DNA of 64,000 bases from Takakia lepidozioides (lineage: Eukaryota > Plantae > Bryophyta), in the NCBI GenBank assembly GCA_030704615.1, contig CM060731.1, positions 63,984,001 through 64,048,000 of the forward strand, given 5' to 3'. Position 1 is the stretch's first letter, and each line of letters starts with the position of its first letter. This document shows positions 50,776 through 64,000 of this stretch, in pieces. The notes under the pieces are model-generated. The model searched no databases, was not told the DNA's origin, and worked only from the letters and a program-made list of their open reading frames with translations. The translations under genes were made by a program, and so were the position numbers.

Positions 50776-53700
50776 CTACCCGTTCCCACCACCCCATCGC
50801 CGTTTCCTCGCTGGCCGCTCTTGTTTCACCTCCACGGTGAGTGGCTGGGCTGTGCTAGAGTTATTCTCTTCCCTTTTAGAAACATTATCAGTTGCTTGTT
50901 TTTTTAGCCTTCCAAAACGCTCCTTCCGCTTCTCTAGAACAGCTGCCGAAACTGAACTTGTTGGCTGTGACTGCTGCAGGTCTTCCCCAGGCTTCCGGTT
51001 GTTCACATCCAACATGTCCGGATGCTTATTGTCTTTCTTCACACTAGTGCCATTTCCACTCCGTTCAACCTTGGCACCATCCTTGTCAGCATCCATGTTT
51101 GCGTGCCGCTTGCTTACATATGCAGTTCGCTGCTTATCCTTACGCTCCTTCAAGATGTGTTCTGCAGCTTGCTGTTCCACTCGCAAGTGGTCCTGCAGCC
51201 ATAAAAGCCCTCCAGACCTTAGCAGTAGTGCTTAGATGCAAGTAATCAACCAACAAGTTCCTTAACTGGTAAATACACCCTGAAGATTCTATGGAAGGAC
51301 TGGTGAGAGTACCTGTGCTGCAAGAACCCTCCCTGCCTCAGCCAATGAAACATATCATCCTTAGTAGTTCACCTGGGAGTTCTAAAATTACTGTGGGCCA
51401 CCTTAAACCCAAGTTTGGTTATGCAGAGTGGATGACAGAAAGATCGAGAACCAACATTTAGACCAGTGGTAAGGGCACAAGCCGCCTCACTAGTGGTTGT
51501 GGGTTCAAACTTCAAACCACATGTTGGATGTCATAAACGTAACCTTCCCACAGGAAGGCAGTAGCCCTTCGGGATCAAGTGACACCTTAAGTTACCCTTG
51601 CTTCGGCAATGCATTCACATTTTCAGAAAGGTCCGCATGAATTTCGATAAAACTTCAGAAGTTTTAGAGGAGGTGCACAACTTCCGCTCGCCAAATATGT
51701 AAGCATATGAAAAGGGCTGACAAACTCACTACATACCTGCCGTCTATCAGCTGTGTGCCGTTGACTGGTTGATGGTGCTTCCTGTGGACGCCGTTCTTGA
51801 AATCTTGTGCTATGGTGAACCCCCTGTCTCTTATCCACCTCCATGGATGCCTGCAAGTCCCTTTCCTTGCGGCTGGTCCAGCGCTCCAGTTTCGATCGCC
51901 CCCTCCGTTCTGTCTCATCCTCATCTCCTGAAGATTCACTTTCACTAAAGACAGATTTCTCTCCCTTTATGGAGACAAGTCGGCGGGCATTCTCAATATC
52001 CTGACCCCTTTTTGAGGATTCCTGGGACCTTTTTGATGGCAATGCCTTGCGATCCACATGTCGTGCAACCTCTGCAGCTTGGTCCTGCAAATCCATAGGA
52101 AGACACATTTCAAACAAGGGTGTGTCTCTCTAATCTACCATGTACTTTTGAGAATGCATAACATGAAATTCAACAAAAGACTGCACATAACCCAGATCTG
52201 ATGTTCTCATGTCCCACTGAGTACAGACATATGGTGTGCACAGCTGGAGGTTTATTTGTTGTGTCTTTGACGGGAGGATTGACAGTTCTGGGTGTGCCTA
52301 GCATAGCAAAATTGCTAGGCTCTAAAAGCGAGCATAGTCTGAAAGAGGGGGTAGTCACTTCATTGGTGGTAATGAGGCCTTTCTTAAAGCCAGCTCTCCC
52401 TGTCAATGCAAGAAGCATGGAACACATCGTGGCCCTCAATTGCTCCATAATCATACTCATCCACCAAGCATATATGGCTTGGGAGACAATCATAACAACA
52501 GCTTTTCAGGATTTTCTGAGCAGGATCTCCTTCAGTAATACTCATTCAATTGTCCACAGTTTTCGACAGGGCACCTTGTCATTGTGAGCACTTTGGTGAT
52601 GCTCATCATTTTTGTGCCTCTTACTTCCATCTGAATGAACACGGTGGTTCTTGTCTCCTGAATGGGACCCATTGCGCTCAATGACAATGTCCCTGCCCAA
52701 TCCTTCCCATGCTCGCTTCTGCTCGTGTACATCATCATTTCTTTTCCGCTCCTCCCGAACCCGCAATTCTTTCTCCCTGTTCACAAATACTATGTTTGGT
52801 GTCTTCATACATGCCTATACTGAGGGTCTTCCCTCCGTGTTTACCCCCCTTTCAGCAGAACATTCTTCAGGGTAGTAACCTGTGTCTGACTGACTCTCTC
52901 TCATGCAAACAGCTTGGTTGCAGGTTCATCTCTCTACAGAAAATGAATAGTTTACCTACGGCCTGCATATGTTGCGTAACTTAGTTGCTACTGGGTATCC
53001 ATATTGCAAAGTGAGAGGCCCAGATGCAATCAGGGTCCTCGAACCTACTGAAGTAGAAAACAAGGTCAATTATTGATTTGTCACTCACAGGATAGTGCAC
53101 AAAATCATCTGCTACAAATTAGTAAACCAAGCCAAGTGAACAATGCATCATACCGGTGTCCCCTCCTGTCAACTCTTGAATCTTCTGTTCGATCTTTTCC
53201 CCTTCCCCGCAGGTCCTCGTGCCGTGTTTTCCCTCTTGAATGATCCTCCTCTCGGTCAACCCTCTCCTCCCTCACCCGACTTCCCTCCCGAGCACGGGGT
53301 CTTCCTTCCTCTCTTGCCCGGGTCCCTTCCCTTTCTCGACTGAACCAGGCCTCATCATCACCAGCTCCTTGACGGGTTCGACTGTTCCGACCTACTCTAT
53401 CCTCTTCTCTTGCTTTTTCTCCATGCATCTCCTCCAATCTCCGTCGATGCCCAGCATCATCCCTTTCCCTTTTCCACGACACATCAACCCGCTCCTTGCG
53501 ATGCCGATATTCTTCAGCTCTCTCCCTCCTCCGTGCTTCTTCCTCTCTCTCTCTTGCCTTATCTCTCCGAGTGCGGACTCCATCCTCCCTCTCTAGCCTA
53601 TCCCTATCTGCCATGTCTCGCCCCCTCCTTTCACGAATATTATCATCCTTCACGTTCCTCCGTTGAGATTCTTCTCTCTCATTGGGCTGCCACCTCTCCC

Positions 53701-56700
53701 TCTCCTCATCACGTCTGCTGCTGCGCATGGAATTACTTTTTGGTGGACGATATCCATCTAGCTCCTCATAAGGACTTCCATCTTGTGCCAAGGGCCTACT
53801 CCGTGACACATCCTGCCGTCGTGGTTGTGAAATTTCATCACTACCATCAAACTGTTCCTTCGACTGCTCCCAGCTAGAGTCCGAACCCTCTCCACTAGAT
53901 TCCGACAGTGAAGTTTTCACATGGCTAGACTCCTCTCTTTCTGCTTTAGGTGCAGAGACTTTAGCTTTCTTAGAAGCTCGGGCAGTATCGCTGGGCTCCC
54001 AACTGTCTTCATCAACAAATTGCTCCTTTGGAGCAGACCTCTTACGATCTTCCGAACGTCCCTCAACTGATGGTTCATCCACACTCTTCTCTCGTACGGT
54101 GGAGATAGAGCGCCTAGCAGCCACCCTTGTCTCTACCTCATACTCACGGCTCGGACTTTCATGTTCCCTACTTTCTCGAATGCTTTGAGGTTCTCGCCCA
54201 GACCAGTTGGCCCCACTTCCATTGCTATGCTCCTCTTCCCACTCCACAGGAGGGACCCCCCGTGGTGGAGTCATCAAATTTGGTGGTGTCCTACGCCTGC
54301 TGGTGTTCATGTAACAAACTTGTAAACAAGAGGGTCTCTACTAAATTCCATCTGTATAAATCACATGTCTCATTGCAGTAGATAAACAAATTCGAGAAGG
54401 TCAGTTAAAACAAAGACATTTTCTTAGGCAGTGACTATGACTTTGAATCCGGTTTCGACGCAACTTCAACAATACCAGGCAGGCACATTGATTGTGATAG
54501 TCCAAGAGAGGGCAAGGATGCAAACATCCAGGGAGGGGGGGGGGAAGAAAGTGTACTAAAAATTGAACACATCCAGATACTTGTTTGGAAAAATCTGGTG
54601 ATAGCCTGTAAGATAGCTCCTGACAGCTCCTACTGAAGACGCAGCACAGCCACAGACAGTATGACCAGTGCTTACTTGGAGCTACCTCTCTTCTCCAACT
54701 AACATTGCTCTCACAAATCTGGAAGGGCAGCCCTGATCATACATCACACAGCCTAATACGCAATAGTCATACCTCAGAGGCTCATGGAAGTCCATCGGCA
54801 GCATGCGAGGAGGGAAGTTCTCTTGTAAAATTCCAGGTCCAGGACCAGGCAATGGGGCCATGCCAGGCCTTGGTCCACCATACATGGGAGGCCTTCCCAT
54901 TCCCCCCCTGGAGGCCACATTCGAAGTTAGCACAGGAAGTTTTGAGACAAAAATAAACTGATGAGATCAACAACAACTACTGCAGTAAGTTAAGATCTGC
55001 ACAATAGCTTGTTTTTTGGGCCTCAGGGACAGCCAGATCCTCACACCCTCTTTCACTATTCTTAGCACAGACTGATAAAAACGTGATGCTTCAAGTAAAA
55101 ACAAAAACATAACATGCATCTCAAATAGAATTCAAACTTCAAGGGGAGTGAGAACTCTTGAATATGGAGGTAAAGAGCTAGACTCTCTCTCTCCACGTCA
55201 CCTTTCTTGTTTTGGGAAGAAACAAAATGTGTGCCTAGGTTGTGGGCATGACAAGGTAAGGGTTCTCCACTTGATCACTGTGTATGCGTGAGTGAAAAAT
55301 CCTTGCCTCATCATTGAAGAGAGTTTCACTCCACCTCTGCCCTCGAAATGACGTGCCCAAATGCCATGGCTACAGCCACTTTCCTTCAGCCTGAATTTCA
55401 ACCCAAAGAAATGCTCTTGTGCAAGTCCTTTGGGAGAACATCTACATGGAAAGAGTACATATTCCAGTCTGTACAGCTGCAATGAGAGAGGGCGTTTACC
55501 AAATCACTTACCCCTCACCTTCCTCTCCTTCCTTACTTGAATGAGCCCTTTCATCATTGAACCTTTGTTGAGTCACAAGGCTTCCTTGCATTCATGATGA
55601 ATGAACACATCTCTCGCTCTCTCACGCTCTTTGGGACATCCACAGACAGACACATGTGGAGACACTATCAGGCGACTCTCATACAGCAGAGACACAGTAC
55701 CTCTTCAAACCTTTATGCAAACAGCTCAAGTGAGGGCAGATCACAAGGAACAAGGTACAACGCTTGTAATGTGCTCATACCTTCCACCAGGCGGCAATCC
55801 AAAAGGACCGCCTGGAAACATGCCAAAATCAGGGCCAGGACCAAACTCAGGACCAGGGCCAGGTGGTCCCATGGGCATACCTGGCCCCCTAGGAAAAGGC
55901 CCAGGTCCCTCAACAACCATGTGGAGAGCTGGACGCAGACCCATGCCATGCATGGGTCCTCCTCTCATGCCCATCCCCATCCCCATATTGTCCGACTCCC
56001 AAGGCTCAGGGTGGGGATAAAAATCCACCCAGGGGCCTGGGGCTCCTGGTCGAAAGTCGCGGGGTTCATCTTCAATGCGATAGGGAGGGACTTGCTCCAT
56101 GGTCGGGCCACCCCTCTCATCCTCCTCCCGGTACTCTTCGTGGTGCATGCTTGATGGTGGTACTGGCTCATCGTCAGCAGCATCTTGCAGAACAATCTGT
56201 TCGCAAGTGGAGATGCTGCTTTAGATATGCCATCTGGCAAGCTCATAATACTACACTCAATACTACTCACAATACTACTCTACGTTGATTACATACACAG
56301 TTCTGTTCTTCAATTTGTGTGTAGCTTCTGGCTGACTATCTGGTCATTATCTATCAGCATGCAGGAAAATTACAGACTTCCATGCAGGTAATTGCCACAT
56401 TAGGGTCCTTGTGAGCACTACCAGGTAAACCTGACCGTAACAACCATACCACAAACAAGACTAAAGACATTTTTCAGCTGCTTGAGAAGGCAGGGACAGA
56501 ACCTGAATGACTGCATCAGAATCACGAGTGCGACGACGAATATCTGAGGAAGGGCGCCTCTCTCCACCTCCACCATCAACCTGAATTGCCCGCCCTGTTG
56601 GCTGGACAGAGAACAGGTGGGGAGCCGACACTTGTGAGTGCAAACATTGCAAAGTTGACACTAAGATACAACCAACTCTACATAACCACCACAACAGTTA

Positions 56701-59700
56701 AACCACTAGAGAATGTAGTAGAGAGAAACGGCGGGGCAACAAAAGAAGAAAACGAAATTCTAATACAGCCATGGGAGGCCCAAGGAGAGGGAAAAAGAGG
56801 AAGGGGAGGGTCAAAACAGTACAATGGTTGAGCGACCTCGGCCAGTCCCACGCCCTCGCCCAGCTCCTCCTGCATGCGTGGCAGAATCAGGTTGGCGTTG
56901 TTGGGGAAAACTGAAGTCCCCTGAGCCATCCTGCATACTTGCGGCTGCAGCTAACTCCGGAGGTAAATCTGGATCATACTCCTGTCTCACCCCAAGGACA
57001 GAACAAGGGGGCCATAAAATTGCAAATTGTTAGGAGGATTTGATCCTAAAGACAACGAATTTAATAGTATGTGTCTTCCCTGCTTTTCAACACTGAACAA
57101 TGCAGAAGTGATAGTAATCTGGTCACGGTGCACAATGCAGAACAAAGAACACAGTATCCACGTAGCAAGTGCCATGCACTTTGGGAGAATCTGAAGAGAA
57201 GGTCCTTGCTAGTAAAAGATCATCTTTGAGCTGGGCATTTTGGTAGGATGAAGTAAAGTAAAAAAGAGAGCACGATGAAAAGTTTACAGAACATTCACAC
57301 GAATTAGACTCTGTGCTTCAGCAGGACAGATGATGCAATATCTAAGTTGACGGCCACCTACTATTGGGCATTCTGGTTTAATACTGGCAAAGCAAATCGC
57401 ATGCCGTCAAGGTCAAATATACATCATATAGGACAAAGGGACTTGAAAAATCTACAATTATTTTGTGAGTGACTGTTGGCTCAAAAAGAGCGATTTGACC
57501 ACCATTTGCTAAGCTTGACCGGAAGTAGTACGTCCATCGCACAATGCACGGACAAATAGAGAACAATTATGCATCTCTTATGCGCGACTGTAGCATCCTA
57601 GTTAATGAATAAAAACCAGCAGTTTGAGTAGCTTAAGTGGGAAATGCTAACCTGTTCTGACCGCCCACTTTCATAGACTCGAATTTTGCTCTGCATGGTT
57701 GCCTCCAGTCGCAGCTGGGCCTGCAAACAGAGATCCACCAACCAACCAAGCTCCTTACATCACAACTCGATGAAGTACTACAGCAAGCTCAAGCCATAAT
57801 AACCCCGAGGAGATAAGTGAAGATGACATTCAAGCACTAAATACAACTCATTCACACATGGAGAGATTCTCATTCTGCAACATGGCTTTATCGTTGTCCT
57901 CCACCCAATATAATGTTACTATCCCATTTGGTATAGTCACGGTCTACTGAGCATATATAAGCCATACAATTATGTGCATGCATACCCTCTCTTTGCTTCT
58001 ATTCATGGGATTAGCAAATGAGCAGGGTATGAAGGTAAGTTAGGAACATATTGCTCCCAGATACTAAGGCAAGATCAGGGGACACCCCAGGAAAGTCCAT
58101 CGTGACATGTAACCCCAGTAGCTAATTACCTTCATTTGACATCCTATTAGGGGTATGTCCTGGAGTTTTAGCACATCCCTACTTCACTGATTTGGACTTC
58201 TTGATCATACAGTTGATAGAAGTCATGTATTGTACCCTGAGCAACAGAACCTGAAAGTACCCACTCCTAGCTGAGTTTCACTTGCACTAGAATTTACTTC
58301 CCATATTGGAACTTATGTTACCTTTCCTTCAAGGCCTAGCATATAACAACCAATCCCTACAATGTAAAACCCAGATGACAAGGCGTGTTGTTAAACTACT
58401 CAGGAAGGCTGCAGAGCAACCAGATGCCTGGATTCCTGAAAGGATGAAGAAGTACCAGTTGTCGACAATATTGTTTCCAGGTACTCTCAATGAAGCCGAA
58501 ATTGAAGTAATCGGTAGGGTCAACACCAGGGCGTCGCCATGGCTTATCCTCCAGGGAATCAAGGTCTATATCAAACACAGACCTGCACCATTACAACTTC
58601 CTCAAAACCACAGCAGGCTGCAATGACTGCAAATACCACCACTAACCTGTACACTTGGTCAAAAAAATGCAATCATCAACATATCAAGCATTCATTAAAG
58701 CGAGCCTGTGGTCGCATGAAGAAGCCTGGGTGGTTCTTGTGCCAGAACTCCTGGCCACCCACATAAGATCAATGAGGGTATAGGCCAAGGATCAATTTCC
58801 ATCAACCTACCCCTCGATGCGAGTTACAACCCCTATGTAGAAGTGGAAACTTTCATCCTAGAACCAATAACCATGCCTCAATACAACCAGCCGGACTTGG
58901 TGGTTGCTTACTTAGTGGGTGGGAGATTGAACTCCATGCCGTTAGAATACCCACGACCTGCTGAAGTCCAGGGACCGGCACTACTTTGCACAACCCTCTG
59001 GGAGCCAGAGCTGCCACGGCCCCCACCACCCCAATCCCCTCTTCCTGTACCTGTGCCCCTGCCTTGTCCCCAACCTGATGCAACACCTCCCCCTCTGCCT
59101 CCAGCACCAGCACCTTGTGGAGCTCCTGCCTGCGTAGATGTTGCCACACCAGCTGTTGCAGCACCAGGCCTGACATACTGCAATGGCATCCAAAATGGTT
59201 TTTATTTTAACTAACTACAAATTCTATGTAAGCCTTAACTCTCTCGCGCCCTACCAGAGCTACCAGAGTGAAGGGCTCTCACAGACCTACAGTGAAGCCA
59301 ACCCGGGGAGCAGTCAGGGCCCCAGCCTAAGTATGGGTAAACCCTCTCCTGCAGGGCGTGTTAAACATGATTTCCTTGCCTCCTAGCTGCACGTCTGGTA
59401 ACACACACCGGATGAAGGTTACACTTGCTATCATGAGAAAGCACCCACCCCAGCAATGCCTGAAACATAAACGCTTGCATGATCACGTGAGTCAAACACT
59501 CACTATAGGAATATGAAAATATAAATCACTTGGCAAGGCATAGACAAGGTACCTTATATTGCGAATGATGAGATTGAGTGTGGTAGCCTTGACCACTGTA
59601 GCCAATGCGTGGCACCCCTGGACTCGCCCCAGATCCTCCAGCCTTACCGGCTGGTCCCCTATCCTCAACTCCTGCATATATTTGCTGTGAAATAGGTCAA

Positions 59701-61293
59701 CTGTAACAAGAGAGGTCTGACTGGCGTCAGAAATGCAATGCGCATATCAGCATCGGACAGCATATCATCTATACTGCCATCTTCCTCAAAACTAGTCGAG
59801 TAAACAGACATGCATCTACCGTGCAGCTATTGAGTAACTGATGCTTCTAGCACACACTCAGCCAAGGGGCACCTCTCATCCAGCACTGCCTGCCCCTTAT
59901 CCTGACAAACCACGTCCCATTTCCGCATTCAATTTCCCTTATAAATGGATATCTGCTCTATAGCACAGCTGTACGCACAAACTTGCCAGCTGGGCACTCA
60001 AGCCTGATCATGGAGGCCACAGATTCCTTGCTTGTCGAAAGTCAGTAAACACATGTGATGAACAATGAAAACTGTTAATATGCTCTGGGAGCAGGTTGTT
60101 AAGCGTTTCTGCAAGAGGCAGCTGCCTAGTTGCATTATCTACTCCAATGGAAGAGCATAGCAGCCATTATCCAAGGGTTTGCATGCTCTGCAACCAGGTG
60201 TGAGCCATAGTGTGCCAATGGAAGTGCCAAACCAGGCAGATAGGAGGTAGGAAGCTGAAAACCAACAGCATATCATTTCCTTTTCAAAGCATTAGCAATG
60301 ACTACCTGTAGGCTTGTCTGTTGCCAATATGGGAGCTCCATTTGGAGGGCCAGGCAGAGGGGCCTCGAGAGAGAGCGGAGCATCCTCTCCCCACTCACGT
60401 TCAGGCTCAAGGGGCTCGTCTCCTGCAACAATAACCAAGTCTTCTTCGTCTTCATCTTCGCTGCCCTCAACGTACTCCCCTTCCCCCGCTCTTTCCAGGT
60501 TGTTAAAAGCGGGGGCTTCATCGTTCAACACGATTTGAAGGTCATCCTCACTGTCACTGTCCCAATCATCACCTTCCTCCCCAGTTATCCCACCCATTGG
60601 AGCACCTTCCCTGCTGCCACCATCCCTCTCTGTTGCTTCTTCCTCGAGATACAACCCTCCAGATTCATGTTCTGAACCCTCTGCAGCACTTCGCCTATGA
60701 AGATCACTTCCCTGCGAAACCCCACTTTCTCCAATAGAAATAGGGTTTCTATGTCCCTCTAATGACGAGGTTTTGACAGCGATTGCATCTACCCCACTCG
60801 GAAACGATGCCTTCCCCCCACGTTCACGTATTCCAAATAAGAAGGATTTCCCATCTTCAACGCTTGTGCCCGTCAAATCTTTGACACCTGAATCCAATAT
60901 GTCATCAATTGTGCGCTCTGACCCAGTTTTATCTGTTGGTCTCAAGGCACTTTCTTCCACTTTTGATTGTGAGGACACCCTGCTAGCTGCATTTCGAGAT
61001 GTCTTTGAAGAACTGCCGTATAGCTTCCCATAAAGCAAGATTTCCTCGTTGTCAACGTCCTTTTCCCCCAATTCAAACTCTGCAGAGACAGTGCCACTCT
61101 GAACAGCACTTGCTGCCAACGGGAGTGTCTTTGTTGTGGCCAAAGCAATGGAAGAGCTGCCATATAGGAGCTCCTCATCGTCATCCTCGTACTTGTTTCC
61201 AGCTCCCTCCCTTGTCCCATATTCACTCTCACCTTTCACCTGCTCTGGCCCTATATCCGCATAGAGATCTCCAAAATCGTCGTCATCATCCAT
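50776..61293 (-). CDS. FIP1: Polyadenylation factor FIP1 (FIP1[V]-like), multi-exon
   Basis: Start [13 protein letters not shown] (ATG 61293); [13 protein letters not shown]; YVRPGA; Fip1 motif [28 protein letters not shown]; [18 protein letters not shown]; PTGRAIQV; RE/RD-rich region; C-terminal RPARKRRW. Confidence 0.93.
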
Positions 61294-62752
61294 CCTATCT
61301 GTCTGCCTCCGTTTGCAATCTCTCACGACTCTCTCAACACTCTTCTCTTTCTCAACGATCGTTCTCAAGGATTGCCTTCCTCAATGACCACCTCTGAGCT
61401 CCAAAAATCACAAATCTTAAGAGTGCCCAGTGGCAACGCATTCCACCAAAGACAACCCAATAACTGTTGCGGACGCTCTCATGAAGAATCCCGCATGCAC
61501 TTTCCCCTTCACCACCTGCCCAAAAATTTGACAACACTTCCATGCATTTTCCCCTCTACTGCCCACCTACCCCCAATAAATAAGCCCCAAATCTAACGCA
61601 GAAGCATGGTGGGTTGGAAGACAAGGACTCCTGCATTCCCGTGTCTCTCACACGCTTCCCTTTTATCCCCACCCGACCTCTCCCCTCGTGTTTCTCTTGA
61701 GTTTCTGTCCCTTCCACGCCATCAAACGATGAATGACAGTGATGGCCGATGGATGCAGTCAGCAACCTGGGAGATAAAAGCAGAGACACATTCAAAATCA
61801 TCCGATGGGCTCTGACAACACATCATTTCGATTATCCATGGCCGCGTGTTGGGTCTCCGATTTAGGACCCTGTGAAGTTGACCGAATCCTGCCGTTAGGT
61901 CACAAATATCTCAACCCTAACTTGCAAAGTTGTGTCCCGACTCCCACTATGTTCCTTCTACTGTTGACGGGGGCTTGCAACTACTTACAGAGATTGATTG
62001 CGTGCTTTGGGTGTTAGGGTTGTAAAGACAGATGCTGTCTGCGAGATGCTCGAGTGAAGGATGGAGGGAGGGTGGGTGCTGTGTTCAGTGTCATAATGCT
62101 TGCTGTTCCAGGTGCACCACGAATAGTTTTCCAATCATTCAATCATTGTTGCCATGACATCTTCAATCGTAATGGACTCATAATTTTGGCTGTGTTTGCA
62201 AGAGGTATCAATTTCTCATGCGTTGATTCCACTTTGGATATGGAAACCAAATTGTACATTTCCTTCGAGTGAGGTGTAAGCCTCTGAACTTCACATAAAC
62301 CATGTGTTACTCTTCTGTACTAAACCAAATGACCAACATAGCTACAAACCAGTGGCAGCAGTTTCGAGTCAAATAGACTGGGAAGTGCTGTCAAAAGATT
62401 GCTCAAGTGCATATAATAATCTGTACCCTCAAGTTCACAAAACAATTTTCTACTTTTGGGGCCTGAAAACTGTTACATACATTTAAGATCGAGGTTCCTC
62501 TATTGTGCCCGATCCCAAAGTGTGAGCACAACAGTAAACACTTAACCTTCTGCTACTGCACACAGAGCAAGTTTCTTGCTCACAAGTAGTCTTTCCGCTG
62601 AGCGGTAGTATCACATGTGCAGCTGCTGGATGCCAATAAGGTTATAGACGTAGGCAGATTTTGTACAAAAGATTGATCAGCTATTCTGACCCAGAGAGGG
62701 TAAGATGCAAAATAAAGGTCACTATTGGCAAGTTATGTTTGGACCCCAAAGA

Positions 62753-64000
62753 TCAATGTTTTGAGAGCTGAAACCTGAACAACAACCTTACACCAGCCAA
62801 TTCATTACCCTTTTTGTCATGTAATTGCACACACCGGTACCCAGTTTTCAGCTCAGCAACAGGGATGCAGGTTTGGCCCCCAAAATCATCCTTGTCAGTC
62901 TTGTCATATTCGTGGACTTCAATGCGCAGAAGAGCCAGTTCAGGCACTGTCAATGGGAACTCAAATTCGGACTCCCACCTGGGAATCCACTCGTCCTCCA
63001 TGGTTTTGGTCTTCTTCATAACTGTGTCAGCCGGCACTCCAGCAATCCCAACCTGCTCACCATGCCCCCACCACCTCCATCAAGGAACACGCCTGTTTCC
63101 GCAGCTCTCAAATCTCTCAATCAGCCATTAGTGCTCTGGAAACAGAAATTCACATGAAGAAATCGAGTAACACAACAAGCACTGAATATTACCCGAGTAT
63201 AGAAGTCAGGTGGAGAGTAGCGGTCAAAGTGATGTTTGCCAAACTTTTCCAACCAGCCAAGACCCATTAATACCTTTACCTGTAGCCAAAAACATGACAT
63301 CACCAATAAGGACCCCAAAGTGATCTTAAGAGAACACCTGAGCACTGCACTCTAAAGAGAAAGTAGTGGGATGGAGAAACTATTCTTTGAACCTGCAGAC
63401 AGTGGATAGGATGAATTAAACCTTCTTCAAACATTCACTTGGTGGACAAATTACCAAAATTACGAAGGCAACAAATTTCTGCTTGACTGCATGCATGGAT
63501 GTACCCTCCCTATCCTTGTACTGCATGATGTCCCCCATGCCCAAAACACTACATTCATTCATGATGTCAACCCACCAAGCCTAACGCCAAGTTCACAGAG
63601 TCTGAAGTGCGCTTACTGGATTGGTCTCAAGAGGTGTACTAGGCGGATCAAATGACTGGTCCTGAAAACTGGAAATTGGAATGAACAGAGCTATATTGCC
63701 AGGGCTGCTGAAAGTTTTGGTATAGGAGACTCCCTGCCCGGAGCCAAGCAAGTTTCAGCTGTGCTGGAACACATGTTACAGACAGATTTTACCTTCAAAG
63801 TTAGCTTTGTAGGCTGCACTTCCCGTGGATTGAATATATTGTTACCATCCCCACTCTCAAGCAGAAAATGAGGCTTCTTCACATATCCACACCCTCCATT
63901 AGCTCTGAAAAATCCCTGGACCAACCAAAGAGGCCTTCCATACCCCTGCCACACACCACTACAGCAGGTATAGAATCTACTTATAAGACGTTTGCCATAG
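62753..64000 (-). CDS. PLC: Phosphoinositide-specific phospholipase C, 3' exons (end of Y domain and C2 domain); continues beyond the window
   Basis: [25 protein letters not shown]; [13 protein letters not shown]; VGIAGVPAD…[22 protein letters not shown]…[11 protein letters not shown]. Confidence 0.95.

Overview
Eukaryotic nuclear DNA from a land plant, probably a non-seed plant such as a bryophyte, lycophyte or fern. This assignment is inferred from GT-AG introns, a PLS-DYW PPR editing gene and a TAA/TAR gene with an EGF domain. The first 10.7 kb holds two tandem copies of an unusual Ty3/gypsy LTR retrotransposon. The near-complete copy reads: unknown ORF - structured leader - Gag (two Zn knuckles) - aspartic protease - DNMT3-like C5-cytosine DNA methyltransferase (all motifs present) - TAG CAA CCA (a CARYYA readthrough-type stop shared by both copies) - RT - RNase H - integrase - C-terminal PHD finger - PPT - 3' LTR. 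The element therefore carries both a DNA-methylation writer and a likely histone reader, and it is the most striking system in the window. It abuts a PPR pseudogene that has expanded into a tandem array. The rest is host gene space: a theta-class GST, a CCR4/Angel-like EEP gene with a ~5 kb LINE in its last intron, a PPR-DYW gene, EB1 and LL-DAP aminotransferase pseudogenes, a TAA1/TAR-like gene, FIP1, and the 3' end of a PI-PLC gene. All calls come from manual motif reading and manual alignment; no database searches were run.
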